From Sedimentisphaerales bacterium (GTDB lineage Bacteria > Planctomycetota > Phycisphaerae > Sedimentisphaerales > Anaerobacaceae), in assembly GCA_963708075.1 (NCBI GenBank), contig OY970194.1, forward strand, positions 3,072,001 to 3,136,000: DNA of 64,000 bases, read 5' to 3'. Made by a program: the position numbers and the translations under genes. Shown piece by piece: positions 47,573 through 58,489 of this stretch; the stretch's first letter is position 1, and every line of letters starts with the position of its first letter. The notes below the pieces were generated by a model. It did no database searches, had not been told where the DNA came from, and was given only the letters and a program-made list of their open reading frames with translations.

Positions 47573-50500
47573 TCACGGCTTGATCACACAAATGTCATCG
47601 ATGTACAACCGGCCGGCGCCGTCCGCTTGCGGGTTGTTGCGGTCGCCCACTCCGATGTACATCTTCTTCACGGCCTTCGTGTTCACGCCGGCAAACTGAG
47701 TGAGCGGAATCTGCCAGTCGATCCAGGTGGTCGTCAGCACCGCATTGAGGTCCGGATGACTCACGACAGCAGACTTGTTCGCGCTATCCTGGATGACCAC
47801 ATACAACGGAGACGGATCGTTGCCGGGAATAGCCCCGCCGATATCCGCCACCTGCCAGTCGCCCGCGACCGACCCTGTCGTGGCCACGTCGGAGAACTGG
47901 ACGACACAGGATTGGCTCACGTTGTTGCTGGTGACGGCCAGCCCGATGTAGACATCGCCCATCATATTGACTGTTTGCGGGTTGGGCGATTCGCCGCCGC
48001 CGTTGTTGGTCTGTGCGATCCAGGTCTTGCCGTCATTCGAGTGATAACCGGTGATGGCGCCGCCTTTACGCTCCAGCTTCACCCACTGCGGAAATGCAAG
48101 CTCACATACGTTGCCGTGGGCGGAGAACGAGGTCCCACCGGCGGTGGGCCGGTTCTGGAAGGCAGGCCGGCCGTCCGGGGCCATCATCATCAGAGCGTGC
48201 GCCGCGTCCTGATTCAGGCTCTCGCGGATCATCACGCCTGCTTTGCCCCACAGCGCCGTGACGGTCATGCTGTTGACTTTCGCGACGATCGTGCCGTCGC
48301 CCGACAGCCGCTTGTAGACCAGCCGAAAGTTGTCTGCGGTGCCCCACACGTCGCCGCTGGCGGAGCTCATCGTATACTGCCCCAGTGCGGTTTCAACGAA
48401 CCGGACCGCGTTGCCCCGCAATGACAGTTGGAGCGTGCCGGCGCCTCCGGCTGTCCAGTCCTGAGGCGTGGACCACGTTCGCACGGCCTCACCATAGTGC
48501 GGAACGTTGGCGTTGTTGTAGTCCATCGACACGGCCTGGCCGCTCTTGGCGATCACGGTCTCCATGACGCGCCTCACCATGGGATCGTAGCCGATCATGG
48601 CCGTCGTGCCGTTGCCCGGATCCCCGCCCGGGAAGTAATCGTCCGGCGAGAAGCCGAGCCCGTCGATCCATGTCTGGAATACCCGATGGGGTGAGGCGTT
48701 CGTGTAACTCTCGAAGTTGTCGATGATCAGGTAAGGCAACGCCGTGAACTTCCAAAGCTGCCCGGCGTGCACGGTTCCGTCGGCATCGATCTCATCAATC
48801 CGCCAGTAGTAATCGGCGCCGCTGAGATCGACAAGATCGGCCGAGGAGAAACTGGTCCCCGTCTGATTGCCCCTGAACGCGGCCGAGGCTCTATCGCCCG
48901 CGGCAACCGCGTCTCTGTCGGCGCCGAAGTACACATCATGCGAGACGGCCGAAGCACCCGCCACCCATTGGAGCGACGACACATCACGAATATCCACAAT
49001 CGCGTCGGGTGACGGAGCGGGATTCGACGCCTGCAGCGGGTCCCCCTGCATGAGCGTCTGGATCTCCTGTTCCGTCAGCGTCTTGTTGTAGATGCGAACT
49101 TCGTCGATCGCGCCGCGATAGTACGAGGTGCCGTTCCAGGCCATGGCGCCCAGCGAGATGATCCTGGTCGTTGCATAGAGGTCTTTATTCGCATTGTTGT
49201 CGGCGTTCACCAGGTCCCCATCCAGGTAGACCTTGTGCCCGACGCCGGCCTCTTTTGTCGCGACCACCATGTGCCAGCTGTCGGACAGCCAGTCACTCTG
49301 TTTCGTTCCAACGGCGGAGAACTTCTTGGCGCTGTCGTAGTAATGCAGGGAAAGCTCACCCTCGGCGCCGACGGAATCCTGGATCCCGAAGATAAGGTCG
49401 CTGCGCGAGCCCATGCACAGCAGGTACTGGGACCCGCTGACGCCATGGATGGTGCGGGCGACCCTGAACCAGGCGCAATACGAATAATTGTCAGGGAGAT
49501 ACAGGGCTGCGGGCGTGCGGAAGTTGACATAGTCGTCGAGACCATCGAACCAGAGCGCCGCGCCGTCATAGCCGTCGATCCACTGCGCCCGAACGATGGC
49601 GCCGTGATTGCCATGGCCGGACCAATCCACAACTTTGCCGCCGGCAGCCTCGTCGAGCGTCCACAAGGCCAGGAGATTGGGATCGACTATAGGAATCTCG
49701 TGCAGCACGGTGAAGCTCCAGACATCCCCCTTGATCTGTCCGGTCACGGTAGACTCATCGACTCGCCAGTAGTACGTCGTGCCCGGTTTCATGGGGCCGG
49801 GATCGAATGTGGCATCGGGTGCCGTCAATCCGCCGGCCGTGGCGGCGCTGACCTCCTCCAGGCTCTCACCGAAGTACACCGTGTGGAGCAGGGCCTGCAT
49901 GCCCTTCTGCCAGCTCAAGTCATCATCGGGGCCGATATACACGGCCTGATCCGCGGGCGCGGGACCCCAGGCCGAGGCCGGCCGCACCTGGAGACTCCAG
50001 ACCGGGCCCTTCCACGGGCTCTCGGGGTTGGCGGTATTGATCTCGTCCACACGCCAGTAGTAAGTCTTGCCCGGAGTCAGGCCCTTGGGATACGGATTTC
50101 CGGGATACCCGACGATGAAATTCTTGCCGGGCGTGGAGCCCAGGAAGACGCTCGTGTCCGCGGGCGTGCCATTCGCCACGGCATCCTTATCCTCCCCGAA
50201 ATACACGTTGTGTGAGACGGCCAGATCGCCGGCGCGCCACTCCAGGATAACCTGTGGGGCGTCTGCCATCGAGCCATCCTTCGGCTTGGGGCCGGCGGCA
50301 TAGGGATACGCCACGTTCTCCATCGCCGCTTTGATCTCGGACTCGGTCAGGATGTGGTTGTACACCCGCACGTCGTCAATCCGACCGACGAAGAACTCGC
50401 TGGCGCCGCCCTGCCAGGTGCCAATCCGAAACGGCCCTGTCCCGGCGTTGAGCACGGAGCTGGTCATTCGGGTGATCTCATTTCCGTTGTAATAGAAGAC

Positions 50501-50971
50501 CGCCCCTCCGCCCTGACTGGGTTGGAACGTGACGGCCACGTGCTGCCACGCTCCGGTCATCAGCGTCACCCCCGTCGACATATGATCGCGAACCGTCGGC
50601 GTCGTGAAACGCAGGTTGGTTGTATAGGTCTTGAACGCGTATGATCCGTCGCGGCAGACCATATCGTGACTGCCGCTGAGGGACTCCGGGCTGATCCAGC
50701 AGGCGATCGTGATCCCCTCGCCGAACTTCAGCGCGGCAGGATCGCCAAAAGACAGCCAGTCATCGCCGTCGAAGCGCAGGGAACTGCCGAACTTCCCGGG
50801 CAGCCATTCAGGGTCTCCCTCGAACGCCCCGGCGTTGCCCTTGCCGCTGGAATCACGGGCAACCGTGCCCGACCCCTCGTCGAAGGTCCACCAGCCAACG
50901 AGGTCCGCACGAGCCACAGAGGACAACGCCACTATACATGCCAATACAACAGCCAGTTTCCCATGCATCAT
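47573..50971 (-). CDS. Large secreted modular protein with two different LamG domains
   Basis: LVGWWTFDEGSG...IDDVRVYN; second LamG LLALWTLDE...IDEVRIYN; three YYWR.DE modules; shared C-terminal domain. Confidence 0.85.
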   Translation of the reverse strand: MMHGKLAVVLACIVALSSVARADLVGWWTFDEGSGTVARDSSGKGNAGAFEGDPEWLPGKFGSSLRFDGDDWLSFGDPAALKFGEGITIACWISPESLSGSHDMVCRDGSYAFKTYTTNLRFTTPTVRDHMSTGVTLMTGAWQHVAVTFQPSQGGGAVFYYNGNEITRMTSSVLNAGTGPFRIGTWQGGASEFFVGRIDDVRVYNHILTESEIKAAMENVAYPYAAGPKPKDGSMADAPQVILEWRAGDLAVSHNVYFGEDKDAVANGTPADTSVFLGSTPGKNFIVGYPGNPYPKGLTPGKTYYWRVDEINTANPESPWKGPVWSLQVRPASAWGPAPADQAVYIGPDDDLSWQKGMQALLHTVYFGESLEEVSAATAGGLTAPDATFDPGPMKPGTTYYWRVDESTVTGQIKGDVWSFTVLHEIPIVDPNLLALWTLDEAAGGKVVDWSGHGNHGAIVRAQWIDGYDGAALWFDGLDDYVNFRTPAALYLPDNYSYCAWFRVARTIHGVSGSQYLLCMGSRSDLIFGIQDSVGAEGELSLHYYDSAKKFSAVGTKQSDWLSDSWHMVVATKEAGVGHKVYLDGDLVNADNNANKDLYATTRIISLGAMAWNGTSYYRGAIDEVRIYNKTLTEQEIQTLMQGDPLQASNPAPSPDAIVDIRDVSSLQWVAGASAVSHDVYFGADRDAVAAGDRASAAFRGNQTGTSFSSADLVDLSGADYYWRIDEIDADGTVHAGQLWKFTALPYLIIDNFESYTNASPHRVFQTWIDGLGFSPDDYFPGGDPGNGTTAMIGYDPMVRRVMETVIAKSGQAVSMDYNNANVPHYGEAVRTWSTPQDWTAGGAGTLQLSLRGNAVRFVETALGQYTMSSASGDVWGTADNFRLVYKRLSGDGTIVAKVNSMTVTALWGKAGVMIRESLNQDAAHALMMMAPDGRPAFQNRPTAGGTSFSAHGNVCELAFPQWVKLERKGGAITGYHSNDGKTWIAQTNNGGGESPNPQTVNMMGDVYIGLAVTSNNVSQSCVVQFSDVATTGSVAGDWQVADIGGAIPGNDPSPLYVVIQDSANKSAVVSHPDLNAVLTTTWIDWQIPLTQFAGVNTKAVKKMYIGVGDRNNPQADGAGRLYIDDICVIKP

Positions 50972-51051
50972 CGTTCCCTTTCTCACGACTACGCTGGTTC
51001 TCAAACAGGGGCAGGCTGTAAACCCGCCCCTGGGATCATTGCCGATCAGGG

Positions 51052-54000
51052 CTAAGTGCCCGGCTTAAGCACGCGGATATCATCGATGAACAGCATTCCG
51101 GTGCCGCCCGGCGTGGCAGCGTTACGATCGCCCACCCCGATGGACATCTTCTTGATCGCTCCGAGGTTTATGCCCTTGAACTCGGTCAGCGGGATCTTCC
51201 ACTGGGTCCACTGGGTGCTCAGGACGAGGTTCGTGTCGGGACTGGACACGACGGCGGTCTTCCCGGCGGCATCCTGCAGCGCGATGTGCATCGTTGCGGG
51301 GTCGTTGCCCGGATGGTCATAGCCGATCTCAGCGACCTGCCAGCCGCCGGTGGCTCCGGTGACCTGGACGTTGGAGAAGACGGCTGTCGTGACGGCGTTG
51401 CGATTGGTAGCCGTCACGGCCAGACCGATGTAGATGTCGCCCAGCATCGGAACGTCCTTCACCGAGGTCGTTCCATCCGCGGTCGTGATCTTGGTCCAGG
51501 TGACTCCATCGGCCGAATACTCCCCGGTGAAGGTATTGCCCTTGCGGGTCAGACGGATCCAGTACGGCAGAGGTGTGGAGCCCGCAGCGGTCGCGAATTG
51601 CGTAGTGTTCAGGCCGGCATCTGTGCGATACATGAACTCGACGAGGTTCGCCGGCGTGGCAATCATGTGCACCTGCGGGGCAGCCGGCGTCAGACCCGAC
51701 CGGATGATCACGCCGGCCTTGGCCCACGCGGCGGTGTTCACGAGGCTCTCGACCCGAACCGTGAGCGAGCCGTCGCCGCTGAGACGCTTATACGCATAGC
51801 GGAACTCGTCCGTGACGTTGACGATATCCGCGCCACTGGCGCTCATGGTGATGTTGCCCGGCGAGGTCTCCATGAAGCTGACGGGGTAACCGCGCACCTG
51901 CAAGCTCAGATCGGTCACGTCGTTGACCTTCCAGTTCTGAGTCGAAATCCAGGTCCGGTCGGTTCTCGGAGCGGTACGGCTGGTGAATGTTGTTGTAATC
52001 GAATGGCATCGACTGCAGGCTGCCGCCTGGATTGACGATCGTGGTTTCCATGATCGTCGTGTACAGCGTGCCGGTAGCCCAGATGTCATGTCCGATCGTT
52101 GAGCCGGTCTGGTTGCCCGGGTTGTCGGTGGTGAAGAAGTCATCCGCCGAGAAGCCCCAGCCATCGATCCAGGTCTGGAACACGCGGTTCGGTGAGTCGT
52201 TGGTGTAGCTTTCGAAGTTATCGACGACGAGGAAGTTGGCGGTCGTGAAGCTCCAGACGGAGCCCTTCCACGGGCTGTCCGCCTCGGCGGGATTGATCTC
52301 ATCCACACGCCAGTAGTAAGTCGTGTTCCATGCCAGCGCGCCGGGCGAGAACGTAGTTACGTCCTTTGCCTGGTTGCCCTGATAGATGGCGGCATCCGCC
52401 GGTGTAGCTGCCGCAACGGCCACTGCATCGGTGCCCAGGTACACATCATGCGAGGCCGCCTTCTCGCCGGCCGACCACGTCAGGGTTATGTCCTGAGGGA
52501 CATTGACGTCCTTGCTCCTGGGGTAAATCGCTCTGGCCCGGACCGGCGGCTGCAGTGCTCCTGTCGGGATGATCTGGCGGGCCAAACTCGGCGTCTGCCA
52601 GGACAACTGAGCCACCGCGCCGCCTGTATACTCATAGTACTCCATCGACAACGGATAGATGCCCGGCTCGAGTTGTTGCGGCTTGCTGGCATGGTCCGTC
52701 GTACCCTGATCGATCCAGCTATCGACGATCAGGTCGTCGCCAATCCAGAGGCGTGCGCCGTCGTCGCTGGTGGTGATGAACGTGTACGCATCGGCCACCG
52801 CGATCTCCAAATCGGCCGTCCAGCGGACGGAGAAGTGGTCGATCCCGATAGCCGCATCCGGGGCAGCCTCGCCCCAGGTGAAGTCGATCGACGGATCCGT
52901 CCGCGTCAGGGCCACTACTCCGACGACATTCCTGCTGGTGTTGGCGAAGTACTCGCCCTTCGCCCCGCCGGCCCCTCCGGCGGTCGTAAAGCTCCAGACC
53001 TCGCCCGGAAATGTGTCCGTGCTGTATTCATCCACGGCCCAGTAGTAGGTGGTCTGCGGCGCCAGTGTGCCGAGCTCGAATCGCGTTTCGTACAGTATAC
53101 CCTTCGAGACGCCGCCATCCCGTGCAGCCACCAGTGCCTTATCCGTGCCGAAGTACAACGTACGCTGGCTCGCGTTCATGCCCGGCTGCCAACTCAGATC
53201 GGCGTTCGGATCGATCCACTTGTCGCCGTTGCGAGGGCTGGGGGCAAAGGCCGCCAGGGGCGCCATCGTGAACGTCCACAGGTCACCCGCACGCACGGTG
53301 CCATTGGCCTCGACTTCATCCACACGCCAGTAATACGTCGTGCCTGCCAGCAGAGAGCCGAACGGAGGCATATAGAACGGCATCGCCGCGGACGCAGGCA
53401 CAGTCGCGGCCTTCGGCGGATTCGGATCGGTCCCCAAATACACGTTATGCCTGGCGACAGAGGTGCCGGCCTGCCACGTCACCATGGGCAGCGTGACACC
53501 GGTGGCGCCGTCCGGCGGATCCGGGGCGTATGCCTTCGCCCGAAACGCCAATTGCTTGATCTCCGCGGCCGTGAGGATGCTGTTGTAGACGCGGACCTCG
53601 TCGATCAGACCGATGTGCGTCTCGCCGGCCCACTGGTTGGCGCCGATCAGGAACGGTCCCGTGGGGGCATTCATGGCAGAGCTGGTCAGCCGTTCGCTCT
53701 CAACCCCGTTGATGTAGAAGATCAGCCCGTTCGACGTGCCTGGCTTGAACGTGACGGCCACATGCTGCCACGTCCCGATCTTCAGCGGCGATTTGGTGCC
53801 GGTGTGATCGAGAATGCCCGGCGTCGTGAACCGCAGGTTCGTGTCGAGGGTCTTGAGCGAATACCCCCCACTGCAGCCAACAAGGCCCCGGTTGCCGCTG
53901 AGAACCGCTCGGATTGATCCAACAGGCGATGGTGATCGGGCCGTTGATCAACAGCTTGGAGGGACTGCCACAGTCCACCCAGTCGCTGCCGCCCAGTTGA

Positions 54001-54194
54001 AGCGCTCCGCCGATCATGCCCGCCGCCCACTGCGGACTGCCCTGAAAAGTTCCATCGAGGGCATTTCCACTGGAGTCGTGAGCGACAGTCCCCGCCCCTT
54101 CATCGAACGCCCACCAGCCGATCAACTCGGCGGAGGCGACGGGGACAAACCCCAATGAGCAGGTGATAACGAGAGCAATCAGTCTTCTGTCCAT
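51052..54194 (-). CDS. Large secreted modular protein with LamG and PA14 domains (two apparent frameshifts, near 53900 and 51961)
   Basis: Joined from ORFs 53700..54212, 51788..53761 and 51052..52308. PA14 signature G.KGEYF.N...TR.D..IDF.WG...FSVRWT...YTF.T.SDDGARLWI. Confidence 0.82.
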
Positions 54195-54373
54195 AGCCGT
54201 TCCCCTTCTCATAAAACAGACCCGACCTATTGAAGCTGCTTGCGTGAAAACGTCGCGGCGAGTGGCTCCGGTCCGGCTTGGACCAGAGCCACCTGCCGCT
54301 TGCCACCGTGGCGTACAAGACGCTCTCGCGCCCGTACAGCCACCTCATTCCAAAGACTTCGCCGCACTACCGG

Positions 54374-57300
54374 TTAAGGTTGCGCCGCCGGCTTGATCAC
54401 CCGGATGTCATCGATGTACAGCTTGCCGGTGCCGCCGGGCGCAGTAGCCTTGCGGTCGCCCACGCCGATGATCACCTTCTTCACCGTCCTGGGGTTCGCG
54501 CCGGTAAACTGACTGAGCGGGATCTGCCACTCGGTCCACGTGGTCGTCAGGACCGCATTGGGGTCCGGATGATTCACGATAACGACCTTGTTTGCGCTAT
54601 CCTGGATCGCCACGTACAGATTGGCGGCGGCGTTGGTCAGGTCCGGATCATCGCCGATCCACACCTGTTGCCACTCGCCGGTGACACCGCTCGTGGTGGC
54701 CGTATCGGAGAATTCCGCTGTCGTGGTTGCCGCCGCGTTGTGGCTGGTGACGCACAACCCAATGTAGACGTTGGACGCCATCGCAATAGTCTGGTCGGTG
54801 CCTGAGGCGGTCCAGGTCTTGCCGTCCGGAGAGGTCTCGGCCTTGAACGTATTGCCGGTGCGGGTCAGCCGGAGCCAGTACGGGGCTTTGGTTGTCCCGC
54901 CGGTCCAGGCTGCGCCCGAGGCCGCCTCACCGTCGGCCGCCGGACGGTACTCAAACGTGGTGCCATTGGCCGGGCTCACAGCCACGATAACGTACGTCGA
55001 GCCTGCATCCAGAGTCGCCCGGATCATAACGCCGGCCTTTGCATACCCATCGCTGTTCCCGATGCTCTCGACCTTGGCCGTGATCGAGCCATTGCCGCTG
55101 AGCCGCTTGTAGACGAAGCGGAAATCATCGGCGGTGCCATAGATATCGCCGCCGGAGGCGCTGACCGTGAAGGCGCTGTCGCCCTTATCGACGAACTTGA
55201 CGGGTTGGCCGCGGAACCACAAGCTCAGCGTATCCACGCCATTGAGTGTCAGGTCCTGGCCAACCGTCCACGTCCGGTCGGTTTCAGAGTAGTACGGCGT
55301 GTCGATGTTATTGTACTCGAAGGGCATGGACTGTCTGCCGCCGTGGACAATCGTACGCTCGGCAAACGGCGCATCGGTGTATCCGACCGTCGAACCGGTG
55401 TTATTGCCTTTGCCGCCCGGCTCGGGTGTGGTGTAGCCCCAGCCGTCGATCCAGGTCTGGAAGATGGCCTGGAGCTCGGTATTGTTGTCGGTGTAGCTCT
55501 CGAAGTCATCCATAATGAGATAGTCGGCGACAGTAAACGCCCAGACACGACCCTTGTGAATGGCCGTTGCGCTAACCCCGACCTCGTCGATGCGCCAGAA
55601 GTACGTGCCTCCACCGAACACGACAAGTCCGTCTAGCGAGTAGCTCGCATCCGCCTGTCGGCCCTTGTACTCGGGGGAGCTTGTGTCGGCGTCAGTGACA
55701 ACGCCGGCATCCCTCCCGAAGTAGACATCGTGCTGATCCGCCGCGTTGCCCGGCTGCCAGGCCAGAGCTACGGCTGCACGGACATCCACCGTGGAGCCGT
55801 CCGATGGCTGCGCACCCCACGCGAGTAACGGATCGCCACGCATCGCCTCCTTGATCTGTTCCTGCGTCAAGGCGGTGTTGTAGAGTCGCACGTCGTCAAT
55901 CATGCCGAGGAAGAAGTTGGCCTCGTCGGTCTTGCCGATCGTCAAAGGAGCGGTGCCGCCGGTCGGAACCGTGGCGCCCTGGCCCCCTTCGCCGGCCGGC
56001 TCGCCGTTGATATAGAAGATATCCTTGCCATCGACGACGACAGCGACATGGGCCCACTCATTCAGAGGCACCTGGCCGGTGCTGACCGGACCGATGTACG
56101 CGCCGGCGGGTCCTGAACTGAAGTGCAAGACTCCGCTGGCCTCGGTGAACAGGTTGTACAGACGGGGAGCCCCTCCTTTGGCGAAAACGCCCTGCCACTG
56201 ACTGCCGCCGGGACCGGTGTGCCTTTCGGCATTGATCCAGATCGACACGGTGGCTTTTCCCGAGGTCGGAATCAGGGTGTCGCTGTGGGGGACCTCCACG
56301 TAATCGCTGCTTCCGTTGAATTTCAGGGCGCCGCCATCATATCCGGTGACTCGCTGCGGGCCGCCCCGCAATGCCCCGTGGTTATTGTGGCCTGACCAAT
56401 CCACAACCGCCGGCCCGGACACCTCGTCCAGCTTCCACCAGCCGACAAGGTTCGGATCGGCGACGGGGATCAGAGGCAGCGTCCTGAAGCTCCAAACGTA
56501 ACCTGTCTCCCTGACGCCTGCGACGTCAATCCCATCGACCCGCCAGTAGTACGCAGTGTCGTTCGCGAGAGGACCGGGATCAAAGGTCAGCTCGTATAGC
56601 TCGCCTTTGGAGACGCCGGGAGCGCCGGCGGCAACGTCGTCGCGGCTCGTGCCGAAAAAGAGCTCATGGGAACTGGCCGTACTGCCGGGCGACCATGCGA
56701 GCTTGCTGTCAGGCATTATGAACCTGGCGCCATCCGCCGGACTCGGAGCGTATGACTTGACCGGAGCCGCTGTGAAGCTCCAGAGATCACCCTTGTATAC
56801 GTTCTGAGCAACATCGATCCCGTCGACCCGCCAGTAATACTTTTGTCCCGAGAGCAGGCCCGCTTGATGGACATAGAATCTCATTGAGGCAGGCTGACGC
56901 GAGGCAACGAGGTCGGCGTCGGTCAAGTCCGGGGTCGTCCCAAAATAGACGTTCTCAAACACAGCGGCGTCCCCCGGCGTCCACGTCAGAAATGCGAGAA
57001 TCACCCCGGTGGCGTCACTGACGGGACTGGGATTCTCCGCCTTGCCGAACACCGGAAGGGTTCCGCCCATGACACCCTTGATCTGGTCGGCCGTCAACGC
57101 ACGATCATACAGTAGCACGTCGTCGATCATGCCGGAGAAGAAGTCCGATCCGCCGGTCTGGCCAATGGTCAATGCAGCACTCCCGGTGGCCGGAACCGTG
57201 GCTCCCTGGCCTGCCTCACCCGCCGGCTCTCCATTGATGTAGTAGATGTGCCTGCCATCGACGGCCACGGCGACATGGACCCACTCGTTCAGAGGCACCT

Positions 57301-57751
57301 TGCCGGTGCTGAGCGATCCAATCGTGGCGGTCCCGGGGCCTGTACTGAAGTGCAACACCTGGCTGGCCTCGGTATACAGGTTGAACAGGCGAGGATCCCA
57401 GCTTCCTTTGGCAAAGATGCCTTGCCACTGGCTGCCGCCGGGACCGGTGTGCCTCCGGGCGTTGATCCAGAGGGACACAGTCGCCTTGCCCTTGGTCGGA
57501 ATCAGGCTGGCGCTGTGGGGAACCTCCACATAGTCATCGACGCCGTCAAAATCCAGGGCCTTTCCCAGCTTGCCGGTCACCCACGTGGGGGCGCCCACGA
57601 ATCTTCCGTTGTTATTCTTGCCTGAACTGTCCTTGACCGTGGTCCCCGAGCCCTCGTCGAGTTTCCAGTGCCCGATGAGCCCCGCCCAGGCACTGCTGGC
57701 CAGGCACAGCACGAGTACAACGCTGATTGGAAGTGTGAGCCTTCTCCACAT
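54374..57751 (-). CDS. Large secreted modular protein with two closely related LamG domains
   Basis: RBS AAGGAG and signal peptide; YVEVPHS..LIPT.GKATVS.WINA.RHTGPGGSQWQG.FAKG occurs twice; shared C-terminal domain. Confidence 0.85.
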   Translation of the reverse strand: MWRRLTLPISVVLVLCLASSAWAGLIGHWKLDEGSGTTVKDSSGKNNNGRFVGAPTWVTGKLGKALDFDGVDDYVEVPHSASLIPTKGKATVSLWINARRHTGPGGSQWQGIFAKGSWDPRLFNLYTEASQVLHFSTGPGTATIGSLSTGKVPLNEWVHVAVAVDGRHIYYINGEPAGEAGQGATVPATGSAALTIGQTGGSDFFSGMIDDVLLYDRALTADQIKGVMGGTLPVFGKAENPSPVSDATGVILAFLTWTPGDAAVFENVYFGTTPDLTDADLVASRQPASMRFYVHQAGLLSGQKYYWRVDGIDVAQNVYKGDLWSFTAAPVKSYAPSPADGARFIMPDSKLAWSPGSTASSHELFFGTSRDDVAAGAPGVSKGELYELTFDPGPLANDTAYYWRVDGIDVAGVRETGYVWSFRTLPLIPVADPNLVGWWKLDEVSGPAVVDWSGHNNHGALRGGPQRVTGYDGGALKFNGSSDYVEVPHSDTLIPTSGKATVSIWINAERHTGPGGSQWQGVFAKGGAPRLYNLFTEASGVLHFSSGPAGAYIGPVSTGQVPLNEWAHVAVVVDGKDIFYINGEPAGEGGQGATVPTGGTAPLTIGKTDEANFFLGMIDDVRLYNTALTQEQIKEAMRGDPLLAWGAQPSDGSTVDVRAAVALAWQPGNAADQHDVYFGRDAGVVTDADTSSPEYKGRQADASYSLDGLVVFGGGTYFWRIDEVGVSATAIHKGRVWAFTVADYLIMDDFESYTDNNTELQAIFQTWIDGWGYTTPEPGGKGNNTGSTVGYTDAPFAERTIVHGGRQSMPFEYNNIDTPYYSETDRTWTVGQDLTLNGVDTLSLWFRGQPVKFVDKGDSAFTVSASGGDIYGTADDFRFVYKRLSGNGSITAKVESIGNSDGYAKAGVMIRATLDAGSTYVIVAVSPANGTTFEYRPAADGEAASGAAWTGGTTKAPYWLRLTRTGNTFKAETSPDGKTWTASGTDQTIAMASNVYIGLCVTSHNAAATTTAEFSDTATTSGVTGEWQQVWIGDDPDLTNAAANLYVAIQDSANKVVIVNHPDPNAVLTTTWTEWQIPLSQFTGANPRTVKKVIIGVGDRKATAPGGTGKLYIDDIRVIKPAAQP

Positions 57752-58489
57752 ACCACGGTCTCCTTGGAACAAATTGTCCTGAGTCACCACGCACCAGCTA
57801 CATGGCTCGCGCGTCTCCGTCACGGATCACTCCCCGTGATGAGTTGACGGCCTCCCTGCTGCTCAGCCACCACCTTTCTCCCCGAATCCGGGGCAGAACC
57901 AGACTACACCCACGGAAACAATCCCCTGCCGATCGCTTGTGCCCACGGACCGATAGCGGTCCTCCCGGGGTGTGAAGTTATGAAATGAAACGGTGACACT
58001 TGACCGCACGCGAACACACCTCCTGCTCGCAGCAGGGATCATGCATTCGAGAGTACTGTGTGCCTCACGTTGTCCGGCGGGACTCAACAGCAAGCCACGA
58101 AGAGCCACCTGACCGTCGTCCACCGGCGGCGTTCCAAGCCTTATCGGCTTCTTCTACCCTTGCATTCAATCCACGGCTCCCGCGCAGAACCTCACCGGGG
58201 GCATCCACGCTCACGAGTGATCGACCCACTCCATATCCTGCACTCCGGGCGCCAGAAAACACAGGTGCCTGCGAACCGATGGGGAAACACCCACAGGTCC
58301 CATAAGGACCGATCCTATCACCCCTGGCGGGCGAGGTCAAGCAGATTCTGCTCTTTTTAGAGCCGTCTGCGGGGTGACATGCAATCCTGCAGTTGCATAA
58401 GACCACGAGGCAGGCTATTTTCTCATGGTGTGACAAACGCGACAGGTTTTCGCGCTGTGCGGCAATGTTGCGAATCCAGGAGAAATGCA

